Shown here: positions 10,153-20,856 of the stretch, piece after piece | How the letters are laid out: the number at the start of each line of letters is the position of its first letter | Position numbering within the stretch: position 1 is the first letter of the stretch | Assembly (NCBI GenBank): GCA_963725865.1 | Contig: CAVSAC010000005.1 | Location: 1 to 24,059 of the forward strand | DNA length: 24,059 bases | Direction of reading: 5' to 3' | Source of the DNA: Candidatus Eiseniibacteriota bacterium | GTDB taxonomy: Bacteria; Eisenbacteria; RBG-16-71-46 | Program-made: the position numbers and the translations under genes | Notes under the pieces: model-generated | Told to the model about the DNA's origin: nothing | What the model saw: the letters and a program-made list of their open reading frames with translations, nothing else | Databases searched by the model: none

Positions 10153-10839
10153 ATGTCGCTCCAGGCCCGACTCCAGTCGCTGCCGCTCGTGGTGGACGAT
10201 GCATTGCGTGGTACCGTCGCGATCGGCGTGCTCGAGGCCGAGGGGATCCGCCAGGATCCGCTGTCCGCGGAGTTCCACGCGGAGCGCGAGCGCCTCGAGG
10301 GCCACCTCGTGCAACACCATGGCACCCGCCCGCCCGCCGATATCCCGGGCGTGGCCGAGACGCGGGCACTCTTCCACCGCCTCGACATCGATCCCACCAA
10401 GACGCGCCCCAGCAGCGAGGCGCTGCTGCGCCGGGTGCTCCAGGGCAAGGGGTTGCCGGTGGTGCTGCCCGCGGTGGACGTGTGCAACCTGTGCTCGCTC
10501 GAGTCCCAGATCCCGCTCGGCCTCTACGACCGCGACCTGGTGCGGGGCACGATCCGGGTGCGGGTCGGCAAGCCCGGCGAGGGCTACGCCGGCATCCGCA
10601 AGCAGCGCGTGAACCTCGGCGGCCGGCTGATGCTGGCCGACGAGTCGGGGGCCTTCGGGGCCCCGACCTCGGACTCGCTCCACACCGCGGTCACCGCCAC
10701 CACCACCCGCCTGCTGGTGGTGCTGTTCTGCCCGCCCGAGCGCGCCGCCGGGGACCTGTCCGGGGCGCTGGAGCGCATCGCCGACCGCCTCGGGCGCTTC
10801 TGCGCCGGCGCCGTGACCGCCGTCCGCATCGTGCAATAG
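10153..10839 (+). CDS. Stand-alone B3/B4 (PheRS beta editing-like) domain protein
   Basis: RALFHRLDIDPTKTRPSSEALLRRV, VDVCNLCSLESQIPLGLYDRD and LADESGAFGAPTSDS. Intact ORF. Confidence 0.9.
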   Translation: MSLQARLQSLPLVVDDALRGTVAIGVLEAEGIRQDPLSAEFHAERERLEGHLVQHHGTRPPADIPGVAETRALFHRLDIDPTKTRPSSEALLRRVLQGKGLPVVLPAVDVCNLCSLESQIPLGLYDRDLVRGTIRVRVGKPGEGYAGIRKQRVNLGGRLMLADESGAFGAPTSDSLHTAVTATTTRLLVVLFCPPERAAGDLSGALERIADRLGRFCAGAVTAVRIVQ

Positions 10840-10963
10840 GCCCGCTCCCCGTTGCTTCACGCTGCTTGACCGTCCCGCGCGGCCGTCCCTAGAGTCGCTC
10901 ACACGCCGCTCCCCGGTGGCATCCATGACCTGCTCCGTCCACGGAGCACAGGAGGGTCTCCTG

Positions 10964-11518
10964 ATGATGAAGCGCCTCGCCAACGTCGCGCTGATCGCCC
11001 TCGCCCTCACCGCGTCCGCATCGCGCGCGCACGCGGTCTCGATCGGGGCGGAGGCGTTCGGCGGCATGAACATCCCCATCCTCCAGGACGACGCGGACCA
11101 GGGCACCGTGTTCGGCGTCCGCTTCCCGGTGAACGTGCTGCCGCTGCTCACCGCCGAGCCGTGGTTCGCCAAGTCGGCGCTCGGCGACAAGAGCGTGACG
11201 GTGGTCGGGATCCCCTACGAGCGCGACGGCGGCGACCTGACCGCCTTCGGGATCAACGCGCGCCTCGGGGGCTTCAGCGGTCCCGGGCTGTCGTTCTTCC
11301 CGTACGCCGGCCTCGGCTCCTACAAGCTGACGCGCTCCGGCTCGGCCGACATCGACAAGGTGGGCTATGACCTCGGCCTCGGCCTGAACCTGACGCCGGC
11401 ACCCAAGCTCGGCATCGGGCTGCGCGGCCAGTTCGACATGATCCCCACCGGCTCCACCTCGCGGAAGTACGGCGAGGTGCAGATCGGACTCTCCTACTCG
11501 TTCCTGAGCCTGCCGTGA
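10964..11518 (+). CDS. Small outer-membrane beta-barrel protein
   Basis: GGAGG at 10951, signal peptide ending AHA, amphipathic beta strands (FFPYAGLGSY, GYDLGLGLNL, VQIGLSYSF). Confidence 0.8.
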   Translation: MMKRLANVALIALALTASASRAHAVSIGAEAFGGMNIPILQDDADQGTVFGVRFPVNVLPLLTAEPWFAKSALGDKSVTVVGIPYERDGGDLTAFGINARLGGFSGPGLSFFPYAGLGSYKLTRSGSADIDKVGYDLGLGLNLTPAPKLGIGLRGQFDMIPTGSTSRKYGEVQIGLSYSFLSLP

Positions 11519-11529
11519 GGACTCCCGCG

Positions 11530-12078
11530 ATGAAGACGCTTCGCTTCGCCCTGCCGCTGCTCGCGCTCGCCGGGCTGCTCTCGTCAGGCTGCGTCCTGAC
11601 CTCGGCGCAGATCATGGCGACCTACGAGCTGCCGAATCCATTCACCATCCTCAGCCCCACCAGCATCGGGCACGTGTACGTCGACCTGAACACCGTCAGC
11701 GACTATGCGGACAACAAGGACAAGCTCAAGGACATCGTCGACCTCGCGCTGCTGGGGAGGTTCAAGAACCTCGGCCCGGCCGCGACCGTCACGGTGTACA
11801 TGACGCCCGGCGCGACCAGCTACACCGACGCCGCCTCGGTCATCGCCGACCCGACCGCGGTGAAGGTGTGGGGGCCGCTGTCGCTGCCGGCCGCGCCCTC
11901 GACCACGAGCATCACGTGGAACGCGTCCGCCAAGCTGTTCGGCGCGGGCCGGGCGGCGCTGGTGAAGGAGATCAAGGGCGACGGCGCGTTCACGCTCTAC
12001 GCCATCGGCGGCAGCGGGACCTACAGCTTCGAGGTCCAGGGCGGCGCGCTGGTGATGGTGCTCGACGGCGGACTGTGA
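11530..12078 (+). CDS. Hypothetical lipoprotein
   Basis: [21 protein letters not shown] lipobox, beta-rich mature part, intact ORF directly after the OMP gene. Confidence 0.75.
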   Translation: MKTLRFALPLLALAGLLSSGCVLTSAQIMATYELPNPFTILSPTSIGHVYVDLNTVSDYADNKDKLKDIVDLALLGRFKNLGPAATVTVYMTPGATSYTDAASVIADPTAVKVWGPLSLPAAPSTTSITWNASAKLFGAGRAALVKEIKGDGAFTLYAIGGSGTYSFEVQGGALVMVLDGGL

Positions 12079-12188
12079 GCGCCCGCGTCGGGCGCTGACG
12101 CCGGGCAGGACGACGATCGCCGGGCTCCTCGCGGGGCCCGGTGATCGTGCTTCGGCCGCGCGCGGCGCTCCGCGCTCGGGGGCCGCGC

Positions 12189-13946
12189 TCAGCCCCTCCA
12201 GCGGTTCGTGATCGGCAGGCGGCGGTCCTTGCCGAAGGCGCGCGGCGTGATCTTGATGCCGGGCGGGCTCTGGCGGCGCTTGTACTCGGCCTGGTCCACC
12301 AGGCGCGCCACGCGGCGCACGACGTGCCTCGTCGTGGCCCTGCGCCACGATCTCGCGCACCGAGCGGTCCTCCTCGACGTACAGGCGCAGGATGGCGTCG
12401 AGCACGTCGTAGGGCGGCAGCGAGTCCTGGTCGGTCTGGTCGGGCCGCAGCTCGGCGGTCGGCGGCGCGGGTGAGGTGCGCTCCGGGGATCGACCGGCGC
12501 CCTGCGCGTTGCGCCAGCCGCGACAGCTCGTAGACCTGGGTCTTGTAGACGTCCTTCAGCACCGCGAAGCCGCCGGCGGTGTCGCCGTAGAGCGTGCTGT
12601 AGCCGACCGAGGTCTCGCTCTTGTTGCCGGTGGTGAGCACCAGCCAGCCGAACTTGTTCGACAGCGCCATCAGGTAGTTGCCGCGGATGCGCGCCTGCAG
12701 GTTCTCCTCGGTCATGTCGCTCGTCGCGGCCCGCGAACGACGTCTGCGAGCGCGCGCTCGTAGGCGGCGAACACCTCGCGGATCGGGATGGTCAGGAAGC
12801 GCAGTCCCGAGCGCGCCGCGCCAGCTCCTCGGCGTCCTCGCGCGACATCGCTCGAGGTGTACTCCGAGGGCATGGAGACGCCGACCACGTTGGCCGCGCC
12901 CGAGCGCGTCGGCGGCGATGCAGGCGGTGAGCGCCGAGTCGATGCCGCCCGAGAGTCCGAGCACCACGGTGTCGAAGCCGTTCTTGCGCACGTAGTCGCG
13001 CGTGCCGAGCACGAGCGCGGCGTAGACCTCGGCTTCGAGCGTGCGCTCGCGGCGCGGCGCGCCGCGCCGGCGAGCCCGCGGCTTGGCGGCCGGCGCGCGC
13101 CGGGCGGCGGGGCGGCACCTCGATGCGCAGCGCGCTCACTCGTCGGCCAGCGAGCGCTCCTTGCGCAGGCGCGTGTCGTGCAGGCGGGCGTTGAACACCT
13201 CGTCGAGGTCCACGTCGGCGACGCACCAGGTCCTCGGCGAACATCGCGCCCTCGGCGAGCACCTGCCGTGCTGGTCGCACGATCAGGCTCGCGCCGTCGA
13301 AGAGCGATCTCGTCCTGGCCGCCGACCAGGTTCACGTAGCACGACGATGGCGAGGTTGTCGGCGGCGCGCGTGCGCGATCATGCGCCGGCGCTCGGCGGC
13401 CTTGCCCGCGTGGTAGGGCGAGGCGCGACAGGTTCAGGATGCACCTCGGCGCCGCCGCGCACGACCTGCTCCTCGGCCGGGCCACCCGGATACCAGATGT
13501 CCTCGCAGACGTTGACGCCGAACACCACGCTCGCCGCGCGCGAACACCGGGTTGCGCGCGCCGGGCATGAAGTAGCGGTTCTCGTCGAACACGCCGTAGT
13601 TGGGCAGGTAGCGCTTGCGGGCCGTGCCCACCCAGGCGCCGTCGTGCAGCACCGCGGCCGCGTTGTAGAGGTCGCACGTCGCGCTCGACCGTGCCCACGA
13701 CCACCGTCATGCCGCGGGTGTGCGGGAGGAGCGCGCGGGTGCGCTCGAGCACGCTTCGATGAACGACGGGCTGCAGCAGCAGGTCCTCGGGCGGGTAGCC
13801 CGGGACGCACCATCTCGGGGAACGCCAGCAGGTCCACGCCGAGCGCCGCGGGCCCGCTCGATGGCGTCGACGATGCGCTCGGAAGTTGCCGTCGAGGTCG
13901 CCGACGGTGGGATTGATCTGGGCGAGGCCGATGCGGAGAGGCGCAT
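12189..13946 (-). CDS. nadE: Glutamine-dependent NAD+ synthetase (frameshifted)
   Basis: N-terminal nitrilase/CN-hydrolase domain ([32 protein letters not shown]) plus synthetase motifs [40 protein letters not shown] and KDVYKT. Confidence 0.95.
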
Positions 13947-13956
13947 GGGCGCGGGC

Positions 13957-13985
13957 AGTGTGGCGGTCGGGTCGCGGGCGCGCAA
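13957..13985 (-). promoter_or_regulatory. Putative sigma70-type promoter of nadE (near-leaderless)
   Basis: Minus strand reads TTGCGC-N17-CACACT, 10 nt before the ATG, with no Shine-Dalgarno sequence. Confidence 0.4.
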
Positions 13986-14027
13986 GCGGAGGCGTCCGTC
14001 CCGGCGTCGCGGCGGCCGACCGCGCGG

Positions 14028-14057
14028 AAACGAAAACGCCCGGCCATGGACCGGGCG
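14028..14057 (-). terminator. Intrinsic terminator
   Basis: Minus strand reads CGCCCGG-TCCATGG-CCGGGCG-TTTTCGTTT. Confidence 0.75.
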
Positions 14058-14262
14058 ATCCCGTTCATACGGAGGGGTCTCGAGTCCGACCGCTTGCGCA
14101 GAGAGAGAGGATGCGGGCGACCCGGCGCTTGATGCCGGAGTTCCCGACCTTCCGACCCGAGTCTTCTGGCGACGGGGGCTCGCGAAGACCCAGCTCTTAC
14201 GCCGCGCACCGGCAGGGCTCTGCAGGATCCGTCCCGCCGGCTCACTGCCCGGCGTGCAACTG
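14028..14262 (-). ncRNA. Candidate ~235-nt structured sRNA upstream of nadE
   Basis: Minus-strand helices with G-U pairs (CCGGCGGG/CCTGCCGG, GGGTCTTC/GAAGACTC, CCGGC/GCCGG), a (CT)n tract, a terminal intrinsic terminator and no credible ORF. Confidence 0.5.
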
Positions 14263-14522
14263 ATGGAATGACTGCAAGATGCCGTTCCGCGCGGACCGCG
14301 CGCCTCCGTCACCTCGTACAACCACTTGTCGCAACGGTGGCAGGGTGGATGGCAAGCGGGCGAACAACGAACCACCGCCGCTCCGTGCGGATGGATCAGA
14401 AACCGGGCGGGCGGAGACGCCACGGCCGGGGCGCGGTCCGCGCCGCGCTCGGCCGGACGGCTCCGCCGACCGGCTCGGCTGCGAGCCCGCGGCGCCCGGG
14501 CCCCGCGCCGCCGGCCCGGTGC

Positions 14523-15990
14523 TCAAGGCCATGGGCGTCGCCGTCCGCGGCGCGCGCCGCTGGAGCGCACCAGCACCACGCCCACGGTGGCCGACCAGCG
14601 CCAGCACCAGGAAGCCGTCGTGCGTGGCGAGGACGAACGCGTGGCGGTCGAGGCCGCCGGGCGCGCCGAGAGCGCGCTCGGCCCGCGCGTGGGCGAGGTA
14701 GCGCGAGGTCGCGAGCGCGCGCCATCACCGCCGCGCCGGCGGCGAAGCCGAGGTTGCGCGTCGTGCCCTGCAGGCCCGAGGCGATGCCGAGCTGCTCGTG
14801 CGGCACCAGCGAGAGCAGCGCGCTCGCGTTGGGCACCGAGAACAGCCCCTGGCCCGGCGCCGACCAGCACCAGTCCCGCCGAGGAGCCGGCCAGCTCGTG
14901 GCGCGGACGCCGACGTGCGACAGCAGCCCGAAGCCCAGCGCGGTGAGCGCCATGCCGAGCGCGGTCAGCACGCGCGCGCCGATGCGGTCGGCGAGCCGGC
15001 CGGCGAGCGGGCGCGAACAACAGCGCGGCCACCGGCAGGATCGTGAGCCAGGCGCCGGTGCGCTGCGCGTCCAAGCCGAGCACCTCCTCGAGGTAGAGCG
15101 GAAGCTGGAAGCCGACCGTCACGCTCAGCAGGCTGGCCGATCAGGCGTCAGCGACACCGCGCGCGCCGAGCGGCCCGAACAGGTCGGCAGCGGCAGCAGC
15201 GGCTGCGGCAGCGCGGCGCTCGGCGGCAGCGAACGCCGCGAGCAGCGCGACCGCGCCGCCGAACAGCGCCGCAGCACCGCGGGCGGCGCCCAGCCGTCGG
15301 TCGGGCCCGCGCGAGAGCGCGAGCATCAACGCCGGCGAGCGCGCCGCACCACAGCAGCGGCCGCGCCGAGGTCGAGCGCGGCGGCGCCCGGCGCGCCGGC
15401 GCGGTCGGCGGGCACGCGCGTGCGCAGCAGCGCAGAACGTCAGCAGGCCGAGCGGCACGTTGATGAGGAACAGCCAGCGCCACGACGCGTGCGCCACGAT
15501 CCGCCGCCCGAGCGGCGAGCCGATCGCGAGGCCGATGCCCACCATGGCGCCGAACGCGCCGAGCGCGCGGCCGCGCTCCTCGAGCGGGAACGCCGACACG
15601 AGCAGCGCCGAGCCGTTGGCCGACACCAGCGCCGCGCCGAGGCCCTGCAGCACGCGCGCCGCGATCAGCACGCTCGACGCTCGGCGCCAGGCCGCACAGC
15701 GCGAGGCGATCGTGAACAGCAGCAGCCCGGCGCCGTACACGCGCGCGCCGGCCGCGCAGGTCGGCGAGCCGGCCGAGCGCTGAGCAGCAGGCCGGTGATG
15801 GTGAGCGATGTAGGCGAGCACCACCCACTCGATCGTGGTGAGCGGCACGCCGGAACGCCGCTGCAGCGTCGGCAGCGCGATGTTGACCACGCTGGCGTCG
15901 AGCGTGGCCATGACCACGCCGAGCGCGATGGGCGGGAACACCCGCCAGCGCGGCAGCGGCGCCGCGGCGACCCGGGCGCGCCCGCCGGTG
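14523..15990 (-). CDS. MFS transporter, DHA2 (EmrB/QacA-like) family; heavily frameshifted, ends approximate
   Basis: LGVVMATLDASVVNIALPTL, GRLADLRG, LIAARVLQGLGAA, FPLEERGRALG, SWRWLFLINVPLG, GLFSVPN and GIASGLQGTTRNLG. Confidence 0.88.
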
Positions 15991-16001
15991 CGCCAGGTAC
16001 G

Positions 16002-17338
16002 TCAGTCGTGTCCTGGCGCAGGATCCTCAGGATCTCCGGCAGGTTGGGGGTCTTGCCGTACAGCAGCAGCCCGATGCGGAAGAGTCGCGGGCCGCGCATC
16101 AGCGCCAGCACCGCACCGGTCGCGCAGCAGCGCGAGCGAGGCCGCGATCTGCCACGGCGGGCACGACGGCGCCCGGGACCGCGGCCGCGTCAGCCGCATC
16201 ATCACGTGGTCGGCGCCGCGGTGGGCGGGAACAGCGACAGCCCACGGTCAGCGACCGCGAGTTCGGGCGTGTTCAGGATCTTCATCATGCACGGAGAACG
16301 GGCATGAAGTTCAGCGATCGTGAACAGCCCCGCGCACCTGCTGCGCCTCGCGCATGTTGCTGCGTCGATCGCGCCGATGCCGGTCATGAGGCTGGCGTAG
16401 AACAGGTAGCCGAACAGGAAGTAGAGCAGCACGCAGCACCAGCAGCGACGCGGCGGCGACGGTCATGAGCGCGAGCGCGGCGGCCGGGCCGATGAAGACA
16501 GCCCGCGCGCGATCCACACGCCGACCAGGGTGAGCCCGGCGCCGCCCAGGCCGAGCAGCTTGCCGACCAACAGGTCGTCGGGCGACACGGTGCACAGCAG
16601 CGACTCGAGGATGCGCGACTCCTTCTCCTCGCTCACGCCCTGCAGCAGGTACTGCCCGCCGGTGACGATCGCGACGCTCAGCAGCATGCCGAACAGCGAA
16701 CGGCAGCAGGAACGCCATGAGCTCGCGGCGGTCGTCCTTGAGCGTGAACGCGCCATCGCGTTGCCGAGCGTCGTACAGTCGACCAGGCCACGCGACGGAC
16801 GGGCGACGCGCTCGACGACGAGCGAGTCGGCGTGGCCGGCGAGCAGGCTGCGCACCAGCCACTGCGGACCGGGCGCTCGGTCGCCGCTCGTGAATCCCGC
16901 TGCCGAGCGCTCGTAGCGGCGCAACGCCCCGGTGGCGAGGTAGTCGGGCGGCACCACCAGCACCTGGTCCACGGCGAGATCCGCGCATCGCGCGCAGCGC
17001 CTCCTCCTGCGAGGGGAACATCCGGACCGTGGCACGGAAGGTCTGCGGCGCCGTCGGCTTGGCCTTGGTGTCGAACGGGTTCACGTCCGGCGCCCACACC
17101 GTCTCGATCGACCTCGACGCGCCCGCGAGGGTGCCCGAGGAGTCCACCACGCCGAGGACGTGCAGGTCGCGGAGCGACTTCAGCGCGTCGTCCATCTGCG
17201 GCTTCACCGACATCCACATCGACGAACGCGAAATACGCCGGCATGCCGATGCAGCGTGATCAGGAACGCCTTCTTGCGCACCGTGGTCAGGTACTCGCGG
17301 CGCGCGATGATGAGCGCGCGCTTCCAGGAGAACCTCAT
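16002..17338 (-). CDS. ABC-2 type exporter permease (NatB/YhaP-like); frameshifted, 3' end approximate
   Basis: IIARREYLTTVRKKAF, LLQGVSEEKESRILESLLCTVSPDDLLVGKLLG, YFLFGYLFYASL and RIGLLLYGKTP. ATGA overlap with the upstream ATPase. Confidence 0.88.
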
Positions 17339-18292
17339 CGCACACCTCCCTGCGCGGCGGGCTCGTCGACGGTGGGCGGGCCGCTCTGGCCGTGGTCGAG
17401 GCCGAGGCCCTCGCGCACCACGTGCACGAAGATGTCCTCGAGCGGCAGCGACGGCGTGCTCGAACGACTCCACCTCGACGCCGGCGTCGAGCAGCTCGCG
17501 CAGCACGCCACTCGGCGTGGCGGTGGGCTCGAGCACCAGGCGCACCGCGTCGTTGTCGGGCGCCACCTCGCGCACTCCCGCCACCTTGCGGCGGCGCCGG
17601 GGTGGAGCGCACCAGGATGGCGTGCTCGGCGTACTGCGCGGCGCATCTCGCGCACCGTGACCGTAGAGCACCATGTGGCCGCGGTTGATCATGAGCGCGC
17701 GGTCGCACTGCTGCTCGACCTTGTTCATCTGGTGGGTCGACAGCAGCACCGTGGTGCCGGCCGCGCGCCGTCGGCGAGCACGTCCTCGAGCAGCTGCACG
17801 TTGAGCGGGTCGAGGCCGCTGAACGGCTCGTCGAGGATGAGCAGCCGCGGCTCGCCGATGAGCGCGGTGCAGAGCTGCAGCTTCTGCTGCATGCCCTTGG
17901 ACAGCGCCTGGACCTGCTTGTTCGCCCACGTCGCGCAGCTCGAACGCCTCGAGCAGCGCCAGCGCGGTGGTCGTGGCGTCGTGTCGGCTCAGGCCCTTGA
18001 GCTCGCCGTAGTACGCCAGCGCGTCGAGCACCTGCACCTTGCGGTACAGGCCGCGCTCCTCGGGCAGGTAGGCGATGCGCTCGCGCGGGCCGGTGGAGAC
18101 CGAATGGCCGTCGAGCGTGATCGTCCCCGAGTCGGGCCTCAGGATGTCGGTGATCATGCGGATGAGCGTCGTCTTGCCGGCGCCGTTGGGACCCAGCAGG
18201 GCGAAGATCTCGCCCGGATGGACCTCGAAGGACACGTGGTTCACCACCGGGCGGCCGTCGTACACCTTGGTCACTTCGTGGACTTCGAGCAT
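17335..18292 (-). CDS. ABC transporter ATP-binding protein (YhaQ-like), frameshifted
   Basis: Walker A GPNGAGKTT, YLPEERGLY, LSKGMQQK/LILDEPFSGLDP in a shifted frame, LLSTHQM and PLEDIFV. Confidence 0.93.
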
Positions 18293-18615
18293 GGGATCCT
18301 CGTGGGGCGGAGGGGCCGACGGTCCATCACGCGGACCGCATCACGGCCGGCGCAGCCTAGAAGAACCCCCGCGGGGGCTCAAGGCGCAGTCGGCGGGCGG
18401 CCGCTGCGACGCGACCAGCGCCGTGCGCGGGGCGGCCAGTGACGCCGCATGCCCCGGGTGCCCCCGGCGCCGGGGGCCGGCACGCGGTCCGCGGGCCTCG
18501 CCGGGATCCGCGGCGCTGGCTGGCGGCTGGCCGGCCGGCGGGCAGAAACCGGGCGAGGGGCGGCAGGATGCACGCCCGCGACCGCTCCAAATGCTTGGAA
18601 ACCCACGTGCGTCCG

Positions 18616-18631
18616 TGGCCCCGATATTGCA
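18616..18631 (+). promoter_or_regulatory. Sigma54 (RpoN) -24/-12 promoter
   Basis: TGGCCCCGATATTGCA matches GG-N10-GC with canonical TGGC and TTGCA, about 80 nt upstream of the ATG at 18712. Confidence 0.7.
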
Positions 18632-18711
18632 AGATTCGAGGCGGCTCTGAGCGCGCCGCGCCGTCCGCCCGGGCGGCCCGCGCGCACCGTTCTCCGGAGG
18701 ATGCCCTCGCG

Positions 18712-19968
18712 ATGGATACGCTCAACCGTCGACACGTCGCCGCCAGCCTCGCGGCCACGCTCGCCCTGGGGCTCGCCCTGCTCACCGGCTGCAGCTCGAG
18801 CAACCCGGTCGCGCCGATCCCGCTGCCGCCGCTCTCGGCGGTGGTGCTGACCCCGAGCGACACCACGCTCAAGGTCGGCCAGTCGGCGGCGTTCAGCGCC
18901 GTCGCACTCGACACCGACACCGTGGCGGTGGCCAACGCGCGCTTCGGGTGGTCCAGCAGCGACCCCGGCGTCTTCACCGTGAGCAGCGCGGGCGTGGTCA
19001 CCGCGCGCGGCGAGGGTTCGGCGCTGCTGATCGCGGCGGCGGGCGGCAAGTCCGACACCGCAAGCATCGAGGTCACTCCAGTGACGCGCGGCTGGTACGC
19101 GCAGGCGAGCGGCGTGGCGAACAAGCTCAACGGCGTGTTCTTCCGGCCCGGCGGCCGCCTCGGCTGGGCGGTCGGCGCCACCGGAGCGATCCGCGCCACC
19201 CGCGACGCCGGCGTGACCTGGACCCAGCAGACCGGCACCGCGTCCAGCTTGAACGCGGTGTGGTTCACCAGCGACGCCGAGGGTTGGGCGGTGGGCGACA
19301 ATGGCACGCTGCTGCACACCACCAACGGCGGCACGAACTGGACCACGCGCGCGGTCGCCGGCGGCGCGCACCTGTACGACGTGTGGTTCGCCACGCCCGA
19401 CACCGGCTGGGCGGTGGGCGCCAACGGCGCGGTGGTGCGCACGTTCGACCACGGCACCACCTGGACGCAGACCAACCCGACCACGTTCGCGCTGCGCGGC
19501 GTGTCGTTCTTCGGGACGCGCTACGGCTGGGCGGTGGGCGACAACGGCGTCATCGTCAGCACCACCGACCGCGGCCTCAGCTGGGGCGTGGTCACCACGG
19601 TCACCGCCCTGAACCTGCGCGCGGTGTGGCGCACCAGCCTGCTGCGCGCCAACGCGGTGGGCGCGGCCGGCGCGGCGCCGCGCACCGACGACGACGGCCT
19701 GGGCGCGCCGCAGTGGACGCTCGTCAACCCCGGCGCCGCCTACGCGATGGAAGGCGTGTGCTTCGTGGACGCCTCGAAGGGCTGGGCGGTGGGGCTCAAC
19801 GGCACCGGCTTCGTGCTCGCCACCATCGACGGCGGGCTCGGCTGGACGCCCCAGACCATCTCCGCCGGCAACCGGCTCAACGACGTGTTCTTCGTCGACG
19901 AGACGCGCGGCTGGGCGGTGGGCGACAACGGGCAGATCTTCCACACCGCCACGGGCGGGCAGCCGTAG
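18712..19968 (+). CDS. Lipoprotein with a bacterial Ig-like (Big_2) domain and a YCF48/BNR-like beta-propeller
   Basis: Lipobox LLTG-C; Ig-like WSSSDPGVFTVSSAGVVTARGEG; repeated L-x-x-V-x-F...GWAVGxxG...TxDGGxxW units. GGAGG upstream. Confidence 0.88.
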   Translation: MDTLNRRHVAASLAATLALGLALLTGCSSSNPVAPIPLPPLSAVVLTPSDTTLKVGQSAAFSAVALDTDTVAVANARFGWSSSDPGVFTVSSAGVVTARGEGSALLIAAAGGKSDTASIEVTPVTRGWYAQASGVANKLNGVFFRPGGRLGWAVGATGAIRATRDAGVTWTQQTGTASSLNAVWFTSDAEGWAVGDNGTLLHTTNGGTNWTTRAVAGGAHLYDVWFATPDTGWAVGANGAVVRTFDHGTTWTQTNPTTFALRGVSFFGTRYGWAVGDNGVIVSTTDRGLSWGVVTTVTALNLRAVWRTSLLRANAVGAAGAAPRTDDDGLGAPQWTLVNPGAAYAMEGVCFVDASKGWAVGLNGTGFVLATIDGGLGWTPQTISAGNRLNDVFFVDETRGWAVGDNGQIFHTATGGQP

Positions 19969-20051
19969 CCGGCTTCCCGCGCGGGCACCGTGCTAGAGTG
20001 ATGCGCGCCGCCGGGCACACCGGCGGCGCGCGTCCGTTCCCGGAGGCCCGT

Positions 20052-20563
20052 GTGGAGAAGCGCCTCATCGTCGTCGACGCCTACAACCTGATCCTGCGCA
20101 CCCCGGCGCTGCGGCCCGAGCCCGGACGCACGCTGCGCGACTCGCGCCAGAAGCTCCTCAACCTGCTGGCGTGGGCGCTGGGCACCGGCGATGCGAGCTT
20201 CGTGGTGGTGTTCGACGGTGCCGAGGGCGGCGGCCACGATGGCACCACGGGCCGCGTCGAGGTGCGCTACTCGCGCCCTCCGAGAAGGCGGACGACGTCA
20301 TCCGGCGCATCGTCGAGGAGCGGGTCCGCAGCGTCGAGCGCCTCACCGTGGTGACCGCCGATCTCGAGGTGGCGCGCCACGCCCGGGCGATGGGCGCCGA
20401 CATCGCGCTCTCCGATCTGTTCCTCGCCAGCGCGCTGGGCCCGCGCGCGACCGAGGAGCCCGAGAAGCCGGTGTCGCTCTCGAAGCACGAGCTCGAGGAG
20501 TGGGCCGCGATCTTCCGCGCCCCGCGTCCGGGCGAGGGGCCGCCCGAGGACGAGGACCCCTGA
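20052..20563 (+). CDS. NYN-domain (YacP/Rae1-like PIN-fold) protein; one frameshift
   Basis: LIVVDAYNLI, VVVFDG, VEVRYS, KADDVI and VVTADLEV. Confidence 0.85.
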
Positions 20564-20576
20564 CCCTCGCGCCTGC

Positions 20577-20642
20577 GCGCGGACGGGCGGCCCGCCGCGA
20601 GGCAGGCCGCCCGTCGTGCGTCGAAGCGCGCTTCGGCTACGG
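20577..20642. repeat. 66-bp direct repeat, left copy (contains a terminator-like hairpin)
   Basis: 64/66 identical to 22810-22875 (AA versus GT at one site). Confidence 0.95.
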
Positions 20643-20856
20643 TCCCTGCCGTTCAGAGACTCCCATGCATTCCGCGCGGAGCACATCCCGGCATCCTGGC
20701 TTCAGTGGCGCAGCGCTGCTGCGCCAGGAATCGCCTGGACTGTGGAAGTCGAATCTCGGACGATGTGAACAGGAGATTCGCGCGGATCCGCCTCATGCCA
20801 CCCGTCAGCGATTCGCCGATCCGCGGTGAACTGATATCCATCCCCAACCGCTCACG

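Noticed and set aside
14028..14262. c-di-AMP (ydaO), NAD+ (nadA motif) or glutamine riboswitch upstream of nadE
   Set aside because: I could not find the conserved cores of these families by eye, so it is kept only as an unknown RNA candidate.
14268..16307. Long ORFs such as 14268..16307 (+), 676..2277 (+), 743..2212 (-), 16832..18442 (+) and 18379..19944 (-)
   Set aside because: Shadow ORFs of high-GC DNA, rich in Arg/Ala/Gly/Pro, that overlap well-supported genes.
19100..19950. Repeated GGCTGGGCGGTGGGCG units as a CRISPR array or DNA repeat
   Set aside because: They are in-frame codons of the GWAVG beta-propeller repeats.
20577..20642. Integron attC site
   Set aside because: No RYYYAAC/GTTRRRY ends and no integron integrase in the window.
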